From the NCBI GenBank assembly GCA_030704615.1, contig CM060733.1, positions 44,826,001 to 44,890,000 of the forward strand: 64,000 nucleotides of DNA. The letters are read 5' to 3'. Below are positions 24,093 through 36,321 of this stretch, piece after piece; the stretch's first letter is position 1; the number at the start of each line of letters is the position of its first letter. The notes beneath the pieces were generated by a model. That model had not been told where the DNA came from. It made no database searches and was given only the letters and a program-made list of their open reading frames with translations. The DNA comes from Takakia lepidozioides (taxonomy: Eukaryota; Plantae; Bryophyta). Both the position numbers and the translations under genes were made by a program.

Positions 24093-27000
24093 GGGAAAAT
24101 GCAAAGTGTGGCGGATGAGGTCCCTCAGGGTCAGGGGAAGGAGACCAAAGATGATGTTGACGATGAGTTTTATGAAAGCAAAGCGCTGAGATGCTGGGGG
24201 GTCAAAAGGTGAACTCTCAGCTTGTGGTTCAAAGTATGCTTGCTCCTGGTGGGAGGTTGAAGATTCCCTGTGTAGGTTGGTTTCCATGCCCGTCGTTCGT
24301 CCACCCCTTGTCAAAGACATTCTCAAGCTGGAGGCCGAGTTTGTTCATGGGTATTTGGATGGATCCGCGGTCTTTTACGTTTCTACTAGGGATTCAAGAG
24401 GTAACGAGCTCCTTGTTGATGAGTCAATCGTCGACTCCTGGGACCCCATTTGGAGACAGGTGAACGAATCCTTCGAACTTCTTCTCTCCAGAAAACCTTC
24501 CACCCAGGTATTCTCGGGGAAGATGTTTCACGTTTGGGATGGCAACCACCGGTTGCTTGCATGGATGGCTGTCATTGGGAGGCTGCACTCACAGGAGGAA
24601 GAGTGGCATTACTCTGTTCGATCGATGGTGCTTGATTGTGACGACAACATGATGGGTCTTCTGACGGCAATGAATGATGTGAACAGGTTGGTTTCTCATT
24701 GTACACGTTGCACTTCTGGTTCCGTTCTTCCTTGATTGAAGTCCTTGAATTACATTCTGAAATTCAGATATCATTCTGCAGAGGGACGGAGACATCGCAT
24801 GTCAAAACGAGTCTGGTTCACACACTGTATAGGATACAAAGGATCGGGCAGATGCCCTTGACCAACTTCAAGACCATCCTTTCGGCAGAGATGTATAAGA
24901 AATGCGAAAGCTCCAAGACTTCGGAAACATGGTACTCGTTGACCCGTGAGGCTTTCATGGAGTACATGTACACGGTGAGATACATCTTCCTTCATCTGGC
25001 CTTTCCATATTCCTGCTTCCACATGTTTGTTTCTCTCTGTCTCCCTTGACCTTGGATTGATGCAACTCTCTTGCATTCCCTTGCAGCAAGACATTGCAGA
25101 TGCAGGGGAGCGTGGCAAACTGGAATACTACAGCTCTACCCTGAGGAGAGAAGGACAGCAAAGGGAGTTGAAAGTCACATCCAGAAGGAGATGAACGCTA
25201 CAAGAAGGACAATAATGAGTGCTTTTGTGAAGCAGTTGAGAATGGCCGACCCATCATTCGGGCCGCAGTTTCTGCTGGAGATAAAAAAAACCATTATAAC
25301 AAGCCAGGCAAGCCGGAGATGGCCCAGGAGAAGTTGCACAGGTTGTCTACCGCCGTCGTGTCTTCTGAACAGAAGGTGAAGTGGCTGCAGATATGGAACT
25401 CCGATCCCACAGTTAGGGATACCCACATGTTCCCAAGGCCAGAGAAGGAGAAGAAGACCCAGCGTGTCGTTCCTGTCAGTGACAATGTGCTGGACAACTG
25501 GCTTCACAAGGCCACTTACTGGAGCCAGGTGTGATGTCCTCTCGTATCTCACTTTCTTTTCTCTTTTCCTGTCCTTCTCTTCCCATTGCCTCTTACATTC
25601 GCTGCTGTGACTGTTTTGGGTTCATTCTTCCATTTCAATTTTTTTGCAGTTGGAAGAAAGGGCCCGATCGGTTCTGCATACTCAGCTGGCTGACTATGGC
25701 ATCACTATGACAGTCCGAAGGTCTCCTTCGAAGCATACATGAGGAAATGGAGAGCCACAGTGTGGCACTCTGGTTTCTTTAGAGAGTTCAGCAAGGAGGG
25801 TGGCATCAGTCGAACAAATGAGCTTGACCAGCAGGAAAAAGGAGAGGAAGCCTGGAAACGATGCCTTTACAGGTGCACACCCTTGCACTCTTTGCTTGTG
25901 TTGTGGTTGCAATGTGTTGTGTGGCATACTGTTTAAGGGGGTCTTCCTGGTGTGTGTGAAAAAGCTGGGACACAATATGTGCATTGGATAATGAGGCTGT
26001 GTCTGTTCGTGCAGGTACATTAAGTTTGTTCTCCTGGAAGAGAATTGCTTGGACAAACATCCAGATTTCGTGGACCTTTGGCTTGTCCCTGCTGGCAACC
26101 AGACCATGTTCACTGCTGGGATCTTGCATGACTGGGGTCCGGACCATCTTTCTTCTTGTGGTTGGTATTTGGATTGCCCTCCTTCAGAGACCCCAGCTGT
26201 AGAGTTGTCTTTGAGGAGGAGAGAGAAGAGACCGTATTGCAGCCACTGCCGCAGCAGCGGACCTCGACATTCATGAGCGTAATCTGAGGACTCTTGCAGA
26301 GAAGGAGCCTCCCGCTCAGGATACCCCGGGTAGAGGAAGAAAGGCAAAGGGAAAAGATGTTGCTGGTGTTGTGGGGACGGACGGGAAGGGTAGAGGGAAG
26401 GGTGGCACAAGGGCAGGGAAGTGTTGCAGCTATTGGCCCTGTGGAGCATGTCCAGCAGACTCCACCGCATGGTAGGGGATCCGGGAGAAAAAACAAGGGT
26501 GTGGTTGATCCAAGGACCCGTACCATGCAGTGGAACATCCACGAGGGTCATTCGTCCAACCAGGTTGGAGATTGCCAACGTCGGGTTCCTTGCCATGATG
26601 GAGTCGAAGAAATCTGATTACAAGGGCGAGCCATCACCAGTGTGGGAGAGGATTGTCGAGTTCCTCAGCACGGTGCGTGTTCTCTTTGGGTTCTGTGGCT
26701 TCTGCTCTCTTTGTCTGCTGTGGGCATGGATCGTTTATAAACTTGTCAGAATTCCATTGTATTTTTGTTTGCAGGCTAAAATGACCAAATCGTGGGTGAA
26801 CGGGAAGGAGAAGCCATATGCAGCGGAACTCATCATCTTGGACATCCCTGATGGGTTGGCAGTCCCGGATATCCCACCATCGGGTGCTTGTCCGGGTTGG
26901 AATGCATTTGATGAGCGCTACTGGCGGTGGGTTTTTCCTTTGCAACTTCTTCCTTTCCGATGCAGGTGTTTTGGTTCTCATCCAGTCCATCGATGTTCGG

Positions 27001-28210
27001 TGTCGCCGTGCCCTTGCCAGCTATTTGAAAGCCTCGGGCATGAGAGTCCTGAAGACATGGAATTGTGTGAACAGCATGTACCTTACGAAGGGGGATCGTC
27101 CGGGAGAGATGGTGAGTTTCCCTTCTTCTTCCTCTTCTTTTTTGTTCTGGGATTGTGTTGTGTAGGTCGCTCAAACTCATATGTAGGGGCCCGATTTATT
27201 TTGGTTCTTAGTTCCTTCTGGATGTCATGTTCGCAGACTCGTCTGTTTGAAGCTGTTTGTCTCGTCCGGGTGCATCCACCAACGACTCCGGCCGGCATTA
27301 CGGAGTTTGCCATCACTCACGGGGGCAAGTTCATAGATGACAGGACAGATCCTCCCACGGATGACATGCATCACAACTACGTCGACAGCAACGTGTGCTT
27401 GCGAAGGGGGAAATGGGGTTCCTTGGAGAGGGGCGAGGGAGAGGAGCCCGGCTTTCATTCAAACGATGTGGAGTGCTGCACCTACACAGACGCCAGAGTT
27501 CTGGATTTGTCAATGGGCACAGGTTCGTCCCTTCAACATTCACATTTCATGAGGTTTGATTGAGCTTGCACTTTCAGCACTTTCCACCGTTCCGAATGTG
27601 TTCTTCAATGTCTGCTTACTTCATTCTATTCCACTGCAGGTGCTTCGTACCACGCTTGCAAGGCCAGTGCGCAACATGTCTTTGGGATTGAAGGGGATGC
27701 TGAGATTTACAAGAACCTCCTGATGGGTTGGGTGGACACACTTCTCAGGTCCTTCCGAAGCCCCGTCCCGCTGATACTGGTACAGAGGAGACTTCTGACA
27801 AGGAGCTGGACTCCGACTTTGCCTGTGAGTAAGTTGAACCTGTGCATGCTTGCATTGTTGTTTCATTATCGAGAATCGCTGTTCTTGAGGCAAAGTGCAA
27901 ATGGGAGACATCCTCTTCGTTGGACTTGTGCATTGCATCATTGTGTTAAAAATGGAATTTTGTGGACATGTGTAGGAGTCCGCGTGCTTCCACTTGCCCT
28001 CCTGGGCTATCACACCTATTTGGACTTGTTTTCAGTCCTCCTCGGTCTGTGTGCTACCTGTCTATGCGGAGGCACTCGCAGCAAGCATGTCCGTTCATGG
28101 CACTCAGGTCCACCTTGCGATGGCCTTCGTAGAACACGTGGTGTTGGGGCCAGAATCTTTGTAGATGACATAGCACAGGAGGTGGACATTGATTGTGATG
28201 ACTGCGACAC
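24093..28210 (+). pseudogene. Multi-exon ParB/Srx-like domain + beta-class N4/N6 DNA methyltransferase fusion (copy E1; frameshifted as assembled)
   Basis: ParB-like IP..RLVSMPVVRP...DILKLEAEF...FHVWDGNHRLLAW. MTase motif IV-like ELIILDIPDG (~26830), then FLSDAGVLVLI, WRGARERSPAFIQTM, RVLDLSMGTG|ASYHACKASAQHVFGIEGDAEIY (motif I and following strand). GT-AG introns, e.g. 27523-27639. The 5' end may lie before the satellite. Confidence 0.82.
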
Positions 28211-28459
28211 TTGATATGAAGTATTCTTTTGGTTTAATTCTGGGACAAATTTGAAATGGGATGGTTGTGTGTCCTTATTGTCCTCTTTGCAATGTGTGCA
28301 TGGAATTCACATTCATGGTTCCAAACTATTGTTGGAGATGGGGGTTGCATGGACTGCCCGGATTGTTCCTTCAATATATTTGTTGTTTTGTGGACCTCAC
28401 AGACTTGAGTACATTGCAAAAACAAACAAACCACTTTGTTCTCAATTCTCAATTCTCCC

Positions 28460-28617
28460 CACATCAACCCGCGGAAATAGGTGACCCCACTCGGAAATAG
28501 GTGACATCCGCGGAAATAGGCACTGTTTGCATGCTGACGTGGCGTGAGCCTGTGCTGGGCTCACGCTTTCCTGGGCTCACAGGCTCACGCCTCCAGGCTC
28601 ACGGAATAGCACCCCCC
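28460..28617. mobile_element. Right terminus of element E1 (subterminal repeats and end motif)
   Basis: cggaaatagg x3 and ggctcac x4, ending GCTCACGGAATAGCACCCC; abuts and truncates the GCM-like ORF. Confidence 0.65.
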
Positions 28618-29763
28618 GGTGCACGCTGGGCCGACGGTCCCGACGTAGTACTGCTTGGCGTTGCACACTGCCATGCACGTAGGGGCTGCGTTGCAATGGG
28701 CACACTTGAACGTCCCTGCAGGAGGAACTCTACCTTGAGGCCAAAATGGGGTCGACGAATTGCAATCCAGTCAGTCTCATTCCTGGTGCCTTTGCTAGTG
28801 TAATGGTAACATGTGCTCGAGAAACATTTAAGATGCCCAGCACACAATACATATCTCACTCGAACTCCATCACCCAGGTTGGACGATGAAGTTTTGGTGA
28901 CACACCAAGGGTGGCCGTCATGTTTCATGTTCATTCCTGCGAGCATGCCGTCTGGGCCTGCGCTTGCCGGCACTGGAGGGAACTCGTAGATAGCATTCCC
29001 ATCCACAACATCAGGCAAAGTTTCCACAGAATGGATTGGAGTTTTGTCGTAATCAAGCCTAAGAAGGTCACTGGAGCGGAACCTGTTGTCTTCATCCTCC
29101 GCAATATGTCGATTACTGAGCGGACGGAAGTTGAGTCGGACGGGTGTATGCTGAACACTCCTAGTGACGGACGACTTCGAAACATACGATGGAAGGACCA
29201 TACAGTCTTCATCGTCACTGGATAAGTCCTGGACGACTGTTTCCCTGTTTTCCTGGATTTCCCTTTTCACATGTTTGGGCTTCTCTGCTTGTGAAGAGGT
29301 GCCTACATCCTTCACATCTTGCACGCCAGACCCTCTTGTGGAAGGAGGATCAACCAAGTTCTAGCGTGGGAACTCTTTAGGCACGATTTCACCAATGGCA
29401 CTGTACCGGATGGATTCAGAAGCTGGAGCCGCCACTCTTTGCCTTTTCCAAAATCTGCATGCAGAATGACGACACTTTCCACAAAATTCCATAAGCATCC
29501 TTCGTCTCCTCTTCCAAAAACACCGTTCCAGGGCGGAGCCCGAACTTCACACACAAGTACTGCTCAGTGACAATCGCAAATCCTTGGTCGCAGGGTATTT
29601 TAGCTTTCAGAGAATCAGGATGGAAGTACACGTTGACCCAAACACGGGAGTCCATTTTGAAGACGGGACCTCTCGGTACGCTCCGCAGCGAAGTCCTGCA
29701 ATGAGAAGAGTGTGTCCTACCTAATAACACAAATGATTTTCTGGAGGATTCCGTATCCAACAT
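28618..29763 (-). pseudogene. 5' part of a transposase-like gene with a GCM-like (WRKY-GCM1) zinc DNA-binding domain, truncated by E1
   Basis: DGHPWCVTKTSS...VRYVLCAGHLKC...C then, after a frameshift, KCAHCNAAPTCMAVCNAK; Cys spacing resembles GCM. Confidence 0.55.
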
Positions 29764-29899
29764 GATGGGTGATCAGTGCACGTAAAGATGAAGGTGTGTA
29801 ACGTACGTTAAAAAAACGGACGAAAACAACAAGTTCACATCGGATATTTGGTGCCTGAATTGTAATGTACAACCACTTGGGGTACAATAAATCAGGCCT

Positions 29900-31670
29900 T
29901 CCCATGAATTTCGGCACCGAAATCTGGATGAACATCTCTGTCATGTAACAGCTTTGGAAGCCAAGGGATGAATTCTAGCAACAAAGAAATCGTAATTTGT
30001 TTACCTCATTAAACTGACCAAGCACCCAACGGATGGATTTCGTGCCGAAATTCGGATGAACTTCTTCTTCATTAAATTGTATCTGCACATATGGGTTGAA
30101 TTTAGATGCCAAAATACGGATGAATGTGTTCCTGATTACAGTCGTGATTCACCACGTGTCCGGATATCGGTGCCGACTTCGAATGACAGTAATCCTGATC
30201 GGCAGAATGGATGTATTTCGGCGCCGAAATTCATTCTTCATCTCCTTTTCCGACCCTAATTCTGCTGCCCTGCGGATGGATTTCGGTGCCAGAATTCATC
30301 GGAAGTCCTTTCTGTTTTTATTTTTCTTTGCGACAGATGAACTTTGGCGCCGAATCTCATCCAAGTACTCCCTTTTAATTTTCTTTTTCTTCAAGAGCAA
30401 TGAATTTCGGCGCCGAAATTCAACCAAAATCCTCCCGATTTTTTTTTTTCTTCGCGAGCATTGAATTTCGGCGCCGAAATTCATTCCAAGTCCAGGAGAT
30501 ATTTTTATTTTCCTTCGCGAGCAATGAATTTCGGCCGCCAATTCATCCGAAGTCCTCCGAATTTTTTATTTTCCTTCGCGAGCAATGAATTTCGGCGCCG
30601 AATTCATCCGAAGTCCTCCAGAATTTTTTTTTTCCTTCGCGAGCAATGAATTTCGGCGCCGAAATTCAGCCGACTTCATCCCTCCAAATTCTTTTCAGGG
30701 TTTTAGCGCCGGATTTCGGCGCCGAAATTCATCCAATGCCTTCCCTCCAATATTTATTTTCTTTGAAATGGATCAATTTCGGCGCCGAAATTCATCCTTA
30801 CTGTCCGCAATGAATAACTCTAATATTACATTTTCTATGCGACGGATGAATTTCGGCGCCGAAATTCGTCTAAACCCGGCATTACTTTTGCTTTGGATGA
30901 TAATTTTCCGTACTTGGTTTAATTTTCTAATTGTAATTTCTAAATGGTTGGAAATACCCCGTTCCGACAAATATAACAGGAATATTCGCATTTATAGAGA
31001 AATCGGCATATTAAACCACTTCTGTCAAAATTAATTGCATTTTAGCCGTTTTTTTTCATTTGAAACCGACAGTATCCATTAAGTGGTCTTTTCGCACGGG
31101 ACGTTGCCGCACATAAAGTATAATTTCGGCGCCGAAATTATAGTTAAATGTCAGAAATGGCAAGTCCAACAGGCATGGACAGCATCCGTCAGGGGCAATG
31201 ATGGCGGCAAAGCATAGCATCGTGCCGATTTAGTCTTCGCTCTGGATGAATTTCGGCGCCGAAATATGGATGATTTCACCTCGTCTACGCGCGGACGGAC
31301 ATATTCGTAATGAATTTCGGCGCCGAAATATGGATGAAATGTGCCAAAGTGCAACCGTTTCCGTTGTCCCGGAATTAATTCCGGCTCCGATATCCCACTG
31401 ACAGGTTTGCTCATGCCGAATGAGGACTTGGGAAGCGATGAATTGCGGCGCCGAAATTTGTAAGTTTGTGTATAAAAGCACTTGAATAGGATGAATTTCG
31501 GCGCCGAAATTCATCCGTCCGCTGATGAAACGTACCGACCTGACTGTTGAATGTCATATGCAGGGGATTTTCATGGCGGTTGGGTTCATGATGTGCGGAT
31601 ATATCATTCAATGCCGGCTGCTCCGGGAACAGCATCCGGTGAACGGAAGGTATTTCGGTGCCGCAATTCG
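29900..31670. repeat. Array of ~20 palindromes ATGAATTTCGGCGCCGAAATTCAT, part with ~61-bp periodicity, between divergent genes
   Basis: Copies near 30213, 30400, 30461, 30585, 30646, 30711, 30773, 30846, 31118, 31246, 31310, 31491 and others; more near 33220, 34680, 35877, 36008, 36075. Confidence 0.95.
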
Positions 31671-32175
31671 GATAAACCGTCATACACTGGTGGCTGGAAC
31701 TGGCACGCGTCGTGTTCCAGTCGACTTCATCCGTGCGAACGTGTCAGGGGTCACATCTCTTCATCACCCATACGGCAGAAAGTGGTGGACGGTGGCAACG
31801 CTTCGGGAGACGTGGCTGCTTACGCATTTGCCCGTGCATAGTGGTTGCATGTTCCACCGCTTCGGTCTCTCTCTCCTTGCCCTTCTGCAGTGACATTCTC
31901 CTGCGTTTCCTCTCTTATGCGACATAGTGGTAGCATAGAGTTTGTGGAAGGTCAGGCGACTCCGGCAAAGAGGAGGACGCGGGATTTTGGGAAGCCGCCG
32001 ACGACACGACTTAAGCTCCGTCTCATGCATGAAATGCAGACCTCGTTATCCGGAGACTCGGATCGCCCACCAGTGAGAGATTCGTGCTTCGCGGATGTGA
32101 AGCACTCCATACGCAATATTCCTTTTACACCTTTGTTTTGGCGTGCAGTGTCTCATGTTTTCCTGTTTGTTTGAC

Positions 32176-35100
32176 ATGGGAGCTGGGGAGGGATCGCAGG
32201 GGGGCGAGGCAACACAGTCAACTTTGGATACTCCTGCCGGGGTGCTGCGCTCACAAGGTGGAAGTGCATCGAGGCAGACGAGTCCTCATTCAACACCTCA
32301 GATATCGCCTCCGAAAAGCCCACCTAGAGTTCGGAAGCCGAGAAAGCAGAAGGAGCCCATGGCTTCGCCAGTAAAACCCCTAGGGAGACTGGAAGCGGAG
32401 ATATTGGGTTTGCAGTCAATTTCAGAAAACACAGATGCGGTGGAGGCCGCTGGAGATGTGGGAGTCGGATCTGCAGAAGGGCGGCCCATTCAACTGACAG
32501 AAGGAGAGGACGATAACGTGGTAGGATTTGGCGACGATCAGAACCTGCTGGAGCTTGCGGAGGAGCAAAACCTCCAGGACAGTACACAGGCTGGTGAGAG
32601 GGGTGAGGGAAGTGACAGAAGTGATAGAAGTAAGAAACTAGTGGCGGGTATGCTCATGAGCGCACGAGACATGAACATAGCAGCAACAGGTTGCTGGCAG
32701 AGACTCATAGCAACATAGGCCGCGTTTTGGGCTCCATGGTGTATCCAGAGAACCTCAAAGTTCCTTTGTGTCGCATGGTAAGCCTTCCAGTTGTAAGGCA
32801 AGCACTGCCAGGGGATATCGATCGACTGAAGCACAACTTCAGAGAAGGGTACAGACGGGGGTCGGCAGCATTCTACGTTTCCATTGAGAATGACCAGGGT
32901 GTCACAAGGGGCCCCACTGCAGAGGAGCTTCAGAATTGGGGCCCCCACTGGCACACTGTTAATGCCGAGTTGAAGCCTATCTGAAGACTAATCCCACATT
33001 CGCACACATGGAAGGGAAGATGTTCTTCGTTTGGGACGGGAACCACAGGATGCTTGCCTGGACAGAGTACATTGCTGAAATGCATCCGCAAGATATCAGT
33101 TGGCATTACATGGTGGACTGCATTGTCGTGAAGGTGGACGTCAGGGACAGAGGACTGTTGAAGGGTGCCATGGCGGATATAAATCTGTAAGTATACAATT
33201 ACATCCTTGTGTACTGCCTATTGCGGCGCCGAAATAGGCAATGTTCACCACTGTCATGCACTCTATGAACTGGAAATTGGATTGCTGTGCCGAAATCATA
33301 TTTTCATGTTGTTTTTTTTCTCCATGGCAGGGTAACAGAGAGGGCCTTCGTGGAAACTCATCTGGCACATACGCTCTACAGAGTGCAAGAAGTGGGGACA
33401 GCTCCGCTGACGGACTTCCAAAAGTCCCTCGATCCCGAGCTGTACAGGAAGTCCCTAGCGAAAGCAGATCGCACCTGGTACCGACCAACACTGGACGCCA
33501 TGGTGGAGATCCTCTATTCGGTGTTCATCTCAAATTTCAGTATCAATTTAATGTTATTTGTTGCAGGGATCCGTGGCCTGACTGTATCTGCTGGGTATGG
33601 TAGAGGAATGCAGACGAACATCAGGGATGACTTGGCCTATGCCAAAAGGCAGTTCTTTGAGAATGATGCCCCCAACAAGGCGGACGCGTCGATAGAGAGT
33701 CATATTGTGCAGGCAGGGAAGCAATCCCGGACCAAGTACAGGTCCAAACTTGTTAAGCAAGTTGCAATCGCTGACCCTGGTCTTGGTGCCGAGTTCCTGG
33801 CGGAGATAGGACTGCATTACTCCAGACCCATGAAACCGGAAATGTCCATGGAGAAACTTCATCACATCGCAGTGTCCTGTGTTGAGCCGGCGGAGAAGGT
33901 AAGCATGGTTTATTCTTGTTTTGTGACTTTTCGCGATTCTTATGTTGGAGTTCTTGTCTGACCAATGTGAGGTGGCTACGAATCTGGAACGGCCATACAA
34001 ACACGAAGCTGCTGTACCACTTTCCCATCGAGCCAACAGACGACAAAATGAACGACTGGCTCAATGTGATGACTTGGTGGCATCAGGTATAATTTTCTCC
34101 TATTCTGTGTTGGACATCGTCGCAATTTCAAAATCATGAATGTTTTGGAAACCTGCCATGCTGCAGGTACTGACCCACGCCCAGGAGCAATTGGACTGCA
34201 ACACCACCACTTTCAAGTTACAGATCGACTGGACGAAGCCTGAGACAATGGAGAACTACGTGCAGTCGTGGCGAGGGCGCTTCGCAAACCTCTTTTTCAG
34301 AGAAATTGCAAAGGCAAGACGCAGCGTATACATCGAAGAGCAGGAGGGTGCCGACAAAGCGGCAATGCGTGTCCTGTTCAGGTAATCTGCTGACAATGCA
34401 GACTCTTATCTTTCAGGCATTTTGCTTCGTGAAGGAACATTCGAAATTCAAATTACGTGAAGTAGGAAGACTTGTTGATTCCACAGTTGATCCACTGGAG
34501 TATAACGTCCTGTTCAACCATGTGGGAGAGAAGGACATTCTTTGTGATTTGTCGGGCAAGCCATGGAGGTATGGCAGGACCAGGAGTCCTGCATTCATCC
34601 AGACGCTCATGGAAACGTGTACGGATGTTGAAGGCAGGGTCCTTGACGTCACTGCAAATACAGGTGAGAACGTTAATTGAATGCGGCACCGAAATTGTCT
34701 GTTTCTGTATGTTTGCTTGTGCGAGGAAGCGACTCATTCTTGAGTTTGGCTGTGGTTGTGTCGTATGAATTCGCAGGTGCCTGTATGTGGGCGGGAAGGA
34801 TGTCGAACCGATTTGTGTTCTCATTTGAGGGGATACGGCCTTGTACGATTACAATTTGGCGGGCCTTCAGCGTCTGCCTCCGACTGAGGATCCCAAAAAC
34901 GCAGAAGAGGACGTGGAAGGAGAGGAGGAAGATGAAGAGGAGGAAGTCCGGAAAATTCGTTCGATGTAGGGGCGCCCGAAGCCGCTTCCCCAATGCCTGT
35001 CTTCGAGTGAGTTGCACCATAGTAAGTGTATTGGTTTCGGTTGTAGGGACCATGCAACCTGCCGATGATTCCCTGTTTGAATTCTCTAATGTACTTCATT

Positions 35101-35536
35101 CTATGTTTGTGCGTACACTCAGCCTTGCAGAGTCGTCCGACGAGGAGAAGCTGGGAGACTTGCTCGAATCGGACCCTGTTGCAGAGGAGGAGACAGAATC
35201 GCATCGGCCATTCTTTGCCAGAAATCGTTTCTCGCGAGTCCCCAGAAGCCCTTTTTTCTACCAGCCTGTGCAGACACGGCTGCCAAAGAAGCCATCAGGA
35301 GGGAGGATAGGCCTACTCGGTTAGAGCAATTGACATACGGGAATGAGCAGAGAATTATAATGAGGCGTGAGGCCAAACATAGAATTGTGAAAGGCAGAGT
35401 AGGGAAGTTCGTAATAGAATCCGCGTCCGAGAGCGAGGGGAATGTTGAGGACACTTCCGCACCCAGGTGGACAGTTCCGGCTGGTGAGGAAGGATGGTTT
35501 TTGAGGGGAGGGCTTCTCAGAGTAACAGCGTGGTAG
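32176..35536 (+). pseudogene. Multi-exon ParB/Srx-like + N4/N6 MTase fusion (copy E2; catalytic-motif half apparently deleted)
   Basis: VPLCRMVSLPVVRQ...MFFVWDGNHRMLAW; PWRYGRTRSPAFIQTLMETCTDVEGRVLDVTANTG|ACMWAGRMSNRFVFSFEG; introns at positions equivalent to E1; jumps from RVLFR (~34381) directly to the late MTase exon. Confidence 0.8.
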
Positions 35537-36159
35537 CGGCAGTGCAGGTTCGGAGGCAGGTGGAAGGCAACCATCCTTGCATGAGGGCGGGGATGCATCG
35601 GACAGTGATAGCGGATCCTCACCATAGCAAAGTCTCATTTGGATCCTTTTGTTGTACAGTTCTGAAACACTTAATGAATATATTGACGATTTGAAAAATC
35701 ATTGTGTTCAGACTGCTTGTCCATTCCCTACATTTCTTCCGCCAACCAAAATCTATAATAAAAGCAGAAGAAGAGACGCAAACTTCAGTGAAGAACCCTA
35801 CAAGTAATTTATGCACACCATCGACCCGGGAACTTGAAGCCATGAAAACCCTGCCGTTTCTAACATTCCTATTGGGAAATTTGGCGCCGAAATAGCCCAG
35901 TTTGCGCCTTCGTTATATGGGCCTCAAAAATTCCACGGATGAATTACTGCACCAAAATATTGCGATGGAAGCCTTCAGCACAAGGCACTTCACCACATTC
36001 CACTTGGGTATTTCGGCGCCGAAATTGCCCGTTCTGCGCCTTTAAATACCGCACTATATCACATTTTAAGAGGTAATTTCGGTGCCGAAATACCCCGGTG
36101 GATGTCTTCAAAACACCATTTTAGCACACTGCTCTTGGGAATAACGGCGCTGAAATTCC

Positions 36160-36321
36160 TCATTCCGCATCCTGGACCAGGAGAAACAGACCCTATTACC
36201 GAGGTAAGAGGACATAACACCGTCAATAAAGGCAGGAAAATTCCAATTCCGCGGATGCCTGCTCATGAGCTCATAGGCTCATAGGCTCATGGGCTCATGC
36301 GCTCATGAAATAGTAAACCTC
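36160..36321. mobile_element. Right terminus of element E2
   Basis: gctcat x6 ending GCTCATGAAATAGTAAACC, which aligns with the E1 end; an unrelated retroelement ORF follows immediately. Confidence 0.65.

Noticed and set aside
30280-30870. CRISPR-like array (palindromic repeat every ~61 bp)
   Set aside because: The intervening sequences resemble one another rather than being unique spacers; no cas genes; eukaryotic context
24093-35536. Bacterial or prophage contamination as the source of the ParB-MTase genes
   Set aside because: Conserved GT-AG introns and nesting among plant transposons
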